The position numbers were made by a program, and so were the translations under genes. The notes under the pieces were generated by a model. The model had not been told where the DNA came from. It did not search any database and saw nothing but the letters and a program-made list of their open reading frames with translations. A stretch of 64,000 bases of DNA from an uncultured Acidobacteriota bacterium (lineage in GTDB: Bacteria > Acidobacteriota > Thermoanaerobaculia > Multivoradales > UBA5704): assembly GCA_963770895.1 (NCBI GenBank), contig CAVYRF010000002.1, positions 4,256,001 through 4,320,000 of the forward strand, read 5' to 3'. Each line of letters begins with the position of its first letter. Position 1 is the first letter of the stretch. Below are positions 10,224-18,528 of this stretch, piece after piece.

Positions 10224-11282
10224 ATGCAAGGCGAAAAACAAGCACGGGAACAAGAGCTCCTTCGCGCAGTGACGGAGGCGGCTGGGCATCACGGATTACG
10301 CCTGGAACTCCGCGGCCACAGCCCCCGGTTGCCGGAAGGACAAGCCGAGGGCCTGGTGCGCCTACATCATCCTGCGGGGGTGGCCGACCTGGTTACAGAG
10401 GTCAAAACGCAGCTGACCGCCGCCGCCCTGGGACCGGTCTTGGCCAAGATGCGCCGCTACGGCCGGCCGGCGCTCCTGGTCACGGACTACGTCAACCCGA
10501 AGCTGGCCGAGCGGCTCCGCGAGCAGGAGGTGTTCTTCCTGGACGGCGCGGGCAATGCGTTCGTGCGCGATCGCGGCCTCTACGTCTTTGTGACGGGACG
10601 GCGCAACGAGCTGGAGCGGCAGCGGTTTCAACAGCGCGTGCGCGCGTTCCGGCCCAGCGGCTTGAAGCTCATCTTCGCGTTGCTCAGCAGGCCCGAGATG
10701 GTGGGGGCGGACTACCGGACGCTGGCGCAGGCAACGGGGGTGGCTCTCGGGACGGTGCAGTGGGTGATGCGAGACCTTACCGCGGCATCCTTCGTGCGGC
10801 GGGTGGATCGGACCCGCCGCGTGCTGGTGCGCCCGGCGGAACTGCTCGAATCCTGGGCGCAGGGGTATGCGCAGGATCTTCGCCCCCGTCTGCTGTTGGG
10901 CCGGTTCGCCACCGCCGACGTCGGCTGGTGGAAGCAGACCGACCCCCGCAAGTACGGCTGTCTGTGGGGCGGCGAACCCGCGGGCGCCCGGCTGACCGGC
11001 TTCCTGAAACCGGGGACGCTGACCCTGTATGCGGATGCGGTTCCGGCAAAGCTGCTGATCCACCAGCGCTTCAAAAGAGCGGAGGACGGCCAGGTCGAGG
11101 TGCTGAAGAAGTTCTGGCGCTTCGCCGATGCTGGGGAGGAGCGCGGTATGGTGCCGGCCGTCCTCGCCTACGCCGATCTGCTGGCCGTCGGCGACAGCCG
11201 CACCGTGGAGGCCGCGAACCGCCTGTTCGCGGGACAGATCGATGGACCTTTCCGCTCATACCTCGCTCGCGCCGCTGGCTGA
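10224..11282 (+). CDS. Type IV toxin-antitoxin AbiEi-family antitoxin (DUF2186-like)
   Basis: LLVTDYVNPKLAERLREQEVFFLDGAGNAF, wHTH-like YRTLAQATGVALGTV, LWGGEPAG, VPAVLAYADLL. Overlaps a downstream nucleotidyltransferase remnant. Confidence 0.75.
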   Translation: MQGEKQAREQELLRAVTEAAGHHGLRLELRGHSPRLPEGQAEGLVRLHHPAGVADLVTEVKTQLTAAALGPVLAKMRRYGRPALLVTDYVNPKLAERLREQEVFFLDGAGNAFVRDRGLYVFVTGRRNELERQRFQQRVRAFRPSGLKLIFALLSRPEMVGADYRTLAQATGVALGTVQWVMRDLTAASFVRRVDRTRRVLVRPAELLESWAQGYAQDLRPRLLLGRFATADVGWWKQTDPRKYGCLWGGEPAGARLTGFLKPGTLTLYADAVPAKLLIHQRFKRAEDGQVEVLKKFWRFADAGEERGMVPAVLAYADLLAVGDSRTVEAANRLFAGQIDGPFRSYLARAAG

Positions 11283-11514
11283 GGCGGTCGCGGCGGTGCT
11301 GCGACCGGCATCCGCCGCGGGGATCGAGATCTACATCGCCGGCGCGCTGGCGCGCGACCTTTGGTTGGAGTTTGCCTACGGCATCGATACCGGACGCCGG
11401 CCCGGCGAGCATCAGCGGATGAACGCGCTGGGGTTCGCGGAGGCCACGCGCCTGATTCCCTTGTGCGCTGCTGGCTGCTTGCGGCAGCAAGAGGCCGATG
11501 CTAGTCTAGCTTGA
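11242..11514 (+). pseudogene. Truncated AbiEii-like nucleotidyltransferase toxin
   Basis: ATG 11242 overlaps the antitoxin 3' end. MDLS...IYIAGALARDLWLEFAYGIDTGR matches the family N-terminus, but similarity breaks at about 11400, just before the expected T-x-D-x-D catalytic motif. Confidence 0.65.
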
Positions 11515-11556
11515 CGCCATATACGACGTCTCTCAAGTTCAACCCAGGAGCTCATC

Positions 11557-11733
11557 ATGCGCAAGTGCAAGAAACTGGCATTGAACCGCGAAACCCTCCG
11601 CCACCTCGATACCCTGCGGCAAGCGGCCGGAGGGGCCACGGCGGCGACCGCCTGCAACCAGCTCACCTGCGCTTTACACGCTAGTTGCATGGATACGTGC
11701 CCGAAGTTTTGCAAAGGAACCACAGTCTGCTGA
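11557..11733 (+). CDS. Cys-rich lanthipeptide-like RiPP precursor, 58 aa (not in the ORF track)
   Basis: RBS CAGGAG. MRKCKKLALNRETLRHLDTLRQAAGG|ATAATACNQLTCALHASCMDTCPKFCKGTTVC. Leader LxLx[KR]x5L ending in GG; core has 6 Cys and 7 Ser/Thr. Confidence 0.8.
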   Translation: MRKCKKLALNRETLRHLDTLRQAAGGATAATACNQLTCALHASCMDTCPKFCKGTTVC

Positions 11734-11791
11734 CAGTCTTAGGGCCGGGCTGAACGCGCAGGCTCAGGCTCACCGCAGAGCCCAGGCCGTG

Positions 11792-11817
11792 GCCGCCGGC
11801 AGCCCTGTGCCGGCGGC
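11792..11817 (+). terminator. Stem-loop downstream of the precursor gene
   Basis: GCCGCCGGCA-GCCCTG-TGCCGGCGGC, a perfect 10-bp stem with only a weak U tract. Confidence 0.4.
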
Positions 11818-12193
11818 TTGACGCCGCCCTGTTGGTGGCAACTCCAAGTACGACGTGCTAGCCAGATTCTGACGGTGGGGAGGATCGCGGGGGACGAGGG
11901 CGAACAGGGTGATAAATCGATCCGAGATATCCAGGTTTGAAGCGAGCTGGCCCTAGGCCCTGCGGCAAGAGACCCGAGGCGGCAGCTCCGGGGCGGCCGC
12001 CGGGAGGGCTCCCCTTGTCGTCGCGCTGCGGGCTCGCGGGGCGGCAAGCGGCTTGGCGGTGAGCTGTCTTGCCAGCGGCTCGCCGCATTGCCTCGCCCCA
12101 GAGCGCCGCCAAGTGGACCCACCCGTCAGCCGCCCCTCCCCGGACTGCCAGCGATGGCTCCGGCGGCCGCGCAAGATGGGTGCTCAGTCCGGG

Positions 12194-13627
12194 TCAGTCC
12201 CGGTCCAGCGACCGCAGCGGCGCGCGATTCTCCAGCCGGCGAATGAGCTCTTGCGCCTGCGCTACGGTCGCCGTCTCCTGGAGGGCCGCCTCCCAGAACA
12301 GCCGCAGCGCTGCGAGCGCATCGCGCTCGATTCCCTCGGCCGAGAAAATCGATAGCATCGCCGCGGCCAGCGCCTTCACCTCCGCGGTCCGACCGGCCGC
12401 CAGGTCGATCACCGCGAGCTCGAGCGACACGACCGCCGCGTCGAGGGCATCGTGCCTCTCGACTAGGTAGTCCCGCACCTCCGCCAGTGCCGCTCGCGCC
12501 TCCGCATACCGTCCCTGGCCCTCATCCACACGCGCGCTCAGCCAGGTCACCCGCAGGCTGTCCAGATCGTTGCCGAGGCTGCGCGCGAGATCGCGTGCCT
12601 CCTCCACGCGCGCCCGTGCCTCCTCGAACTTCTTCAGGTGACAGAGGTTCACCGCCAGGTTGAAGGCCACGCACAACCGATCCCGGAGATCGCCGTGCTC
12701 TCCCATCAGGAGCACCGCCTCCTGCAGCGCCCGGAGCGCCCCCGGGACGTCGCCGGCCTGCTCCAGAGCGAAAGCAGCCTTGATGAGAAGCCGGCCCGCC
12801 ACCTCTGGCGGCGCACTGCCGCGAGCCCGTTCCAGCAAGGCAAGCGACTCAGCCGTACGCATCTGGTCGCGGCGCAGCGACGCTTCGAGGTCGAACAGCC
12901 GCCATTCCGGCAGGCGCCCCTCTGGATCGCCGTCTTGCCCGGCCTGCCAAAGTCTCCAGGTCTCCCGCCACTCCGCCTCGGCCTCAAGCAGTTGTCCGGA
13001 AAGCCGCAGACTGTTGGCCAGGAACGCATGCGCCCATCCTGCAAGCCGCTCCTTCCACGCCTGGTTCCCTGGGGCGTTCTGTGCAGCGCGCACCGCCAGC
13101 CGCGAAAGCTCGACCGCTGCGGTGGCGTCGCGCGGCGCCGCCCGGATGCTCGCGCCGCACAACCGCTCGGCGAGGGTCGGAAGCCCCCGTCCGTCCGCCG
13201 TCGCCGGGCCGGCGCTCGCGCCTCGGTCAGCGCTGTCCGGGTCCACGAACGCAGCCGCGAGGACACTGAGCGCAGCGCCGGACGCTGTCTTGAGGTCTGC
13301 CAGAAGATCCTGGTCGCGCAGCCCGGTCTCTTTTCCCCAGTCCATGGGTGCCGACGCTCGCACCTGACCGCCGTCCGACTCCATCAAGGTGCGAACGAGG
13401 CGGATGACGGGCGGCAGGATGCTCAGCGCCACGTCGACCGGCAGCCCCACCGCGGCGATCAGGCGCTCGACCGTCGCATCGGCCGGCTTGAGCTTGCCCT
13501 GCTCGAAACGCAGGATGCTCTCCGCCTCGACACCCGCCCTGGCGCCCAGCTTGACCTGGCTCCAGCGGCGAGAGGCCCGGAGCAGCCGAACCAGGAGCTT
13601 CACGTCCTCCGGCTCCATCCTCCCCAT
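12194..13627 (-). CDS. XRE-family HTH + TPR-like repeat protein (paralog 1)
   Basis: N-terminal HTH LVRLLRASRRWSQVKLGARAGVEAESILRFEQGK; helical repeats with AFLANSLRL and LPEWRLFDLEASLRRDQ. Start uncertain (13693, 13645, 13627 or 13618); GGAGGA precedes 13627. Confidence 0.8.
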   Translation of the reverse strand: MGRMEPEDVKLLVRLLRASRRWSQVKLGARAGVEAESILRFEQGKLKPADATVERLIAAVGLPVDVALSILPPVIRLVRTLMESDGGQVRASAPMDWGKETGLRDQDLLADLKTASGAALSVLAAAFVDPDSADRGASAGPATADGRGLPTLAERLCGASIRAAPRDATAAVELSRLAVRAAQNAPGNQAWKERLAGWAHAFLANSLRLSGQLLEAEAEWRETWRLWQAGQDGDPEGRLPEWRLFDLEASLRRDQMRTAESLALLERARGSAPPEVAGRLLIKAAFALEQAGDVPGALRALQEAVLLMGEHGDLRDRLCVAFNLAVNLCHLKKFEEARARVEEARDLARSLGNDLDSLRVTWLSARVDEGQGRYAEARAALAEVRDYLVERHDALDAAVVSLELAVIDLAAGRTAEVKALAAAMLSIFSAEGIERDALAALRLFWEAALQETATVAQAQELIRRLENRAPLRSLDRD

Positions 13628-13755
13628 CGTGCCCGGTTCCTCCATGGTTGGTGCACATTCTCTGACGTATGAGGTAACTTTCTTCACCACCAATGGCGCT
13701 CCAGCGGGCGACCACCTCCGGCCGGCTCCGGGGGCGTCAACGAAAGGAGCTTCGC

Positions 13756-14250
13756 ATGCCTCTGTCTCGCCCCCGCCCTCTCTGCATCCTCCTGCTGGTG
13801 CTCGCCCTTACCGCCTTGCCTCAGGCCCTCCTCGCCGCCCCCCGGTCCGAGGCGCCTGAATCCCAGGTGCCGAGCCTCTCCGCTCTGCTCCCCTCGTTCT
13901 GGAACTGGCTGGGCTTCGCCTCGACCGAAACCCGGTGCGGCGCCGACCCAAACGGAGGTCAACAGTGCAACCCGAGCAGCGGTAGTGACCAGCGTCCAAC
14001 CACCCAGCACGTGCGCGTCCTGTCCAGCCGTCCTACCTCCTCCAACAAGGCCTTATCCGGCAGCAACGTCAGGACGGACACCCGTTGCGGTCTCGACCCC
14101 GACGGCGTTGTGCAGTGCACTGATGGATCAAGGCGTCCCACCTGGTCCGGCGGCACCGTCGGGACGGACACCCGCTGCACCGCAGACCCTGACGGCGGCC
14201 TCAAGTGCGCTGCTGGAAGCAGCATCCAGCCTCCAACGCTGCGCCAGTAG
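13756..14250 (+). CDS. Small secreted protein with three T[ED]TRCxxDP[ND]GxxxC repeats
   Basis: RBS AAAGGAG; signal peptide MPLSRPRPLCILLLVLALTALPQALLA; repeats at 13924-13968, 14074-14118 and 14164-14208. Confidence 0.8.
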   Translation: MPLSRPRPLCILLLVLALTALPQALLAAPRSEAPESQVPSLSALLPSFWNWLGFASTETRCGADPNGGQQCNPSSGSDQRPTTQHVRVLSSRPTSSNKALSGSNVRTDTRCGLDPDGVVQCTDGSRRPTWSGGTVGTDTRCTADPDGGLKCAAGSSIQPPTLRQ

Positions 14251-14316
14251 CCGCCATCTAACAGAGGCCCGCTCCCGCGTTCGGTGCTCCGGCGTGGCTG
14301 GTGCCGACCTCATGTC

Positions 14317-15921
14317 TTAATGAGCTTTGGCCTTGAGGTCCGCCGCCGTCTCGAAGAAGGCCAGAAGCCGGCGGGCCTCCGCCACGGTTACCGCCTCCTG
14401 CCGCGCTGCGTCGTGGAACAAGCGCACGGCGATGAGCGCTTCGGGCGCGACGCGCTCCGCGATGAAGGTCTGCACCATGAACTCCGCGAGCACCTTCACC
14501 TTCTGGGTGCGACCCTCCTCAAGGTACAGCACCGCGAGCTCCAGGGACACCATCGCCATCGCCAGGGGGTTCCTGGCGACCGCGTAGGCTCTACGGACGT
14601 GCTCCAGGACGCGGTACGCCTCCTTTCTCTGTCCCAGCCCCGCCGCAACCCGCCCACTCAGCCATTCCATCTTCAGGACATCCAGCTTATTGCCCAAGCT
14701 CTGTGCAACCTGCCTGAGACCGGGCAGTTGCTCCCAGGCCTTCGCGTACTGACCCAGGTGGCACAGGTTGACCGTCAGATTGAAGCCCAACACGCACTGG
14801 TCGCGCAGGGTTCCGGACCTCTTCACCAGGGGCTCCGCCTCGCGCAACGCGGCCACCGCGCCTTCGAGATCGCCAGACTGTTCCAGCGTGAATCCCTTCT
14901 TGACGAGAATCCTCCCCTCAACCTCAGCCGGCGCCGCCGCCTGAACCCTGTCGAGCAGCTCCAGAGCCTCCGCGAACCGCCCCTGGTCGCGCCGCAGCGA
15001 CGCCTCCAGGTCCCAGAGCCGCCACTCCGGGAGGATGCCGTGCGGATCGTCTCCGGCGCTCCAGACGGACCACGCCGCCGCCATTTCCAGGTCCGCCTCG
15101 CGCAGGCGGCTTTGGACCCGCAGGCCGTTGGCGACAAAGGCCCGGGTGAAGCCGCGGAGGCGGCTGCGGAAGCCATGGCCGACGTCTGCGAGCTCTGCGG
15201 CGCGGCCCGCCAGCGATGCGAGGTCCGTGGCAGCCCCCGCCCCCGTCGCGGCCACCTGTGCGCTTTCTTCGGCGAGCCGCTCCGCCATCGCCCACGTCTG
15301 GAGCTCCTCCAGGCTTTCCACGACCAGCTGCCGCTCCCGGTGATCGAAGCCTTGCAGCTCCTGCCAGAGGCGCGCCGCGTCGCGGCGCGCGGCTTCGATC
15401 CGCCGGCGGTGCAGCAGCGCCAGCACGCGCGGTACCACAAGCGCCGCCATCGCGAGGCCCAGCCGCGCCGCGGTCTCGCGGGCCAGCCGCTCGTCGAGGA
15501 GCGTCGGATCCTCCGAGTGACGCTCCGACGCTGACGGGGTGGCGGCCCTGTCCGCCTTCTTGCGGCGCCTCTGCCCCTGGCCGCGCCTGCGCTCGGGCCG
15601 GCCTGGCACCTCGACACCCGATGCCACCGTGGGAGGAAGCACTGCTTCCGGTCCTTCGCTCTCCCCCCGCCGCGGCGCCTCCGGCCGGACCACCGCCTGG
15701 ACTGCCAGGAGCGCCGCGTCGACATCGGCCCGGTTCAGACCCATGTGGCGCGCAAGATCCACCAGCCGTTCGTGGTCCAGCTCTCGGAAGCCGGTCTCGA
15801 AATGACCCAACTGGACCGGGTGAAACCCTTCGGCCGCCGCCAGCTCCTCGCGTGTCCAGCCGGCGGCTTGCCGAAGCCAGCTCAAGGCCAGACTTCTGGA
15901 TGGTGCGACAGCCTTGGGCAT
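14317..15921 (-). CDS. XRE-family HTH + TPR-like repeat protein (paralog 2)
   Basis: HTH LSWLRQAAGWTREELAAAEGFHPVQLGHFETG; LQTWAMAERL, AFVANGLRV, LPEWRLWDLEASLRRDQ, FNLTVNLCHLG. Confidence 0.8.
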   Translation of the reverse strand: MPKAVAPSRSLALSWLRQAAGWTREELAAAEGFHPVQLGHFETGFRELDHERLVDLARHMGLNRADVDAALLAVQAVVRPEAPRRGESEGPEAVLPPTVASGVEVPGRPERRRGQGQRRRKKADRAATPSASERHSEDPTLLDERLARETAARLGLAMAALVVPRVLALLHRRRIEAARRDAARLWQELQGFDHRERQLVVESLEELQTWAMAERLAEESAQVAATGAGAATDLASLAGRAAELADVGHGFRSRLRGFTRAFVANGLRVQSRLREADLEMAAAWSVWSAGDDPHGILPEWRLWDLEASLRRDQGRFAEALELLDRVQAAAPAEVEGRILVKKGFTLEQSGDLEGAVAALREAEPLVKRSGTLRDQCVLGFNLTVNLCHLGQYAKAWEQLPGLRQVAQSLGNKLDVLKMEWLSGRVAAGLGQRKEAYRVLEHVRRAYAVARNPLAMAMVSLELAVLYLEEGRTQKVKVLAEFMVQTFIAERVAPEALIAVRLFHDAARQEAVTVAEARRLLAFFETAADLKAKAH

Positions 15922-16525
15922 TGCGCTGGTGTCCTCCAGGGTGACGCCGCGGCGACGACAGCGCCGCCTTGGGACCGGATGTTGCCGCCTTCAGGAGATC
16001 TCGTTCTCGCGCCAGAAATTGCCTGCTTCGAATACGGTATTGATTCTACGCGAATGCTCCTTTCATGCAAGCCTTTGGGCGTGTGGGTCCCAACCATGCG
16101 CCCTGTCTGCCGCAACATCTTCGGTTGCAGGGTGGAGGCACTGCCTGGGCCAGCGCGCGGCTGCCTCGTACGCCCCGTCATGTTCTCTGACGTAGCAGAT
16201 ACCTTTCTTGGCAGGTGGCAGTCGCACTGCCCCTGCACTCGCGTGGACAGCGAACGCTGCGGAGCTTCCTGCCAGCGGACCTTACCCCTGACGTTATGTC
16301 GCAAGAAGATCGTTGTGCCTTGCATCAGAAACACGTGCTGTTTCGTCGATTTTGTTGACCCTGCGTAATTGCTTCTTTCGCGCAAACGACAAGGGCGTTA
16401 GGGTTTCGGCCATGCGCACCGACGCCCCCGACATCCACGATGCCGCGCTCGGGGAGGCAATCGAGCGCGGCGCAGGTCACGGGGCGCTTTGACAGGAGGG
16501 GCATTCTTTGGCTAACGCGCACGAC

Positions 16526-17221
16526 ATGCCGGAGCGCAAAGCCCGGCTCGGGGAGGGGGGCGGTCCGGATGGTGAGACGGCCCATCCCGATCCCAGGAGT
16601 GCCGGCGCCAGACACGTCGAGATCGGCCTGATGGCGCGGCTGCTGACCGGCCACGCGCAGGACGAGGAGGTCCATCAGCGCCTGCTGCCCCACATGGTCG
16701 GCCAGTGTCCTGAGTGCCAGCGCTTGCTTGCCGGGCTGGAGGACCTGCGCTGTGAGGCGGCGGCGCCGGACGTCCTGATTGCCGCGACCGAATGGCCGGC
16801 GGCGCCCGGCCTGTGGCAGGGGCTGGCGCCGCTCTCTTTCGACGCGCAGCTGCGGGCCGCCGCGGCGGAGGAAACCCTTCACACCTGGGGACTCTGCCGG
16901 CTGCTCCAGGTCAAGAGCGGCGGCGAGGCGCGCGAGCATCCCGTTGCGGCTGGCCGGCTTGCCCAGCTGGCCCTGGTGATCTCCGAGCATCTGGCTCCCG
17001 GCTACGACTCCGACTGGGTGCGCGACCTGCGGGCGCTGTCGCTGGCCTGCCTGGGCAACGCCCGCCGCCTGATGGCCGAACCGGGCAGCGCGGCGGACGC
17101 GTTTGCGGCGGCGAGGGTCGAGTGCCAGGCGGGCACCGGCGACCCGGCGGTCGAAGCCGAGGTGCTGGTGCTCGAAGCCCTGCTGCTGCGCGACCCATCC
17201 ACGCCCCATCTTGGCTTATGA
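16526..17221 (+). CDS. Short paralog of the TPR family with an N-terminal H-x4-C-x2-C (anti-sigma-like zinc) motif in place of the HTH; possibly truncated
   Basis: LLPHMVGQCPECQRLL; LHTWGLCRLL and SLACLGNARRL align with LQTWAMCLRL and AFLANAHRL of the neighbours. Confidence 0.6.
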   Translation: MPERKARLGEGGGPDGETAHPDPRSAGARHVEIGLMARLLTGHAQDEEVHQRLLPHMVGQCPECQRLLAGLEDLRCEAAAPDVLIAATEWPAAPGLWQGLAPLSFDAQLRAAAAEETLHTWGLCRLLQVKSGGEAREHPVAAGRLAQLALVISEHLAPGYDSDWVRDLRALSLACLGNARRLMAEPGSAADAFAAARVECQAGTGDPAVEAEVLVLEALLLRDPSTPHLGL

Positions 17222-17232
17222 GGACATCGCCC

Positions 17233-18528
17233 ATGGCGCGAAATCGCAGTTACGAGCGCGGCGCAGCCTTCCCTGGCGAGACGCCGCGGTATCCCTTTCT
17301 TGCCGCGGGGCGCGACCCTGGGGGCGCGACCCCGATGGCCGATCTAGTGGCCCGGGCGCAGCAGGCCGCGGAGCTGGTCATGGAGCTGATGGCCATGCAG
17401 CGGACGGACCGCCTGCAGGCCGCACGGCACGAGACGCGGTTCCACCGCGTCGCCCTGCTCACGCTGCTTAACCTGGAGGCCGAAAGTGCGCTGCTGCAGG
17501 CGCGCGGCCGCGACGTGGGCGAACAGCAAGCCGAAGCCGCGACGGTCCTGGCCGCCTGCCTGCCGCGCGATCCGCAGGGCCGCGTCGGACGGGCGGGAGC
17601 GCTGGCGCACTGGCTGCTCGGCAAGGCCCGTCTCCACCGTGGCGACCTGGCGGGCGCGGCGCAATCGTTTGCGGAGATGGTCGCGTTCCTGGACGACCCC
17701 GATCAACCCAGCGAAGAAAAAGCGCTAGCCGCCGCCGGCTGGGCGCAGGTAAAGCAGCAGGTGGGCGCCTGGGACGAGGCCGTGGCGCACTATCAGCAGG
17801 CGGCCTTCGCTTTTGCGGACGCCAGAGCGGCCCTGCCCACCGCGGCCTGCCTGGCGGAAATCGGCTTCATCCTGCGTGCGACCAACGGCGACCTGCTGGT
17901 CGCGCGGCGCAACCTGGAGCGTGCCTGGAAGTTGCTGGACCCCGCGCTCGCCCCGACGGTGGCGGCCCGCGTCGCCCTTGGCTGCGCCGAGATCGAGGCC
18001 CTGCTGGCCGGAGACGCCGAAAGCCTGTGGCTGGAGCGCGCGCATAGCCTTTATCCCCTGCCGGCGCAGCCCTGCGAAGAGCTGGCCCGCGCCTGGAGCG
18101 AAGGCCGCATCGCCACCGCGGCGGGACGCTATGGCGAGGCCGAGCCGCTGCTGCAAGGGGTGCGCTTGCAACTCCTTTCGCTGGGGAGCCTGGCCGAGGC
18201 GGTGACGGTCTCCTGCGACCACCTGACCCTGCGGCTCGAAGCGGCGCAGCCGCCGCACGTCGATGCCCTTGCCGATGCCCTGGACAAGGCGTTTCCCCAC
18301 TCTGACGGCGCGACCTGGGCTGGCGCGCTGCGGGAGCTGGCCGAGACCGCGGCGGCGCGGGGACGCGATGCCTACTACATTGCCGTGCAGCTGCTGGTCG
18401 GGCGCCTGGCAGCTCAGGCACCGGTCTCGGGCCGGCCCGATCTGTTGCCGCCCCTGCGCGCCCTGACCGACCGGCTGCTGCGGAACCGCGGCGAGTTCGA
18501 AGATCCGCTGGGCGCCGTGCCCTCGTGA
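17233..18528 (+). CDS. TPR-like helical repeat protein
   Basis: GAGGA RBS before ATG 17233; AHWLLGKARLHRGDLAGA, AWSEGRIATAAGRYGEAEPLLQGVR; the stop overlaps the next start (GTGA). Confidence 0.65.
   Translation: MARNRSYERGAAFPGETPRYPFLAAGRDPGGATPMADLVARAQQAAELVMELMAMQRTDRLQAARHETRFHRVALLTLLNLEAESALLQARGRDVGEQQAEAATVLAACLPRDPQGRVGRAGALAHWLLGKARLHRGDLAGAAQSFAEMVAFLDDPDQPSEEKALAAAGWAQVKQQVGAWDEAVAHYQQAAFAFADARAALPTAACLAEIGFILRATNGDLLVARRNLERAWKLLDPALAPTVAARVALGCAEIEALLAGDAESLWLERAHSLYPLPAQPCEELARAWSEGRIATAAGRYGEAEPLLQGVRLQLLSLGSLAEAVTVSCDHLTLRLEAAQPPHVDALADALDKAFPHSDGATWAGALRELAETAAARGRDAYYIAVQLLVGRLAAQAPVSGRPDLLPPLRALTDRLLRNRGEFEDPLGAVPS

Noticed and set aside
13924-14208. Spaced repeats as a possible mini CRISPR array
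   Set aside because: Repeats are conserved at protein level with synonymous differences, spacers are unequal (105 and 45 bp), and no cas genes are present.
15922-16525. ORFs 15745-16368 (+) and 15882-16385 (-) in the divergent gap
   Set aside because: No RBS or motifs and atypical composition; more likely a regulatory intergenic region. No ncRNA could be supported.
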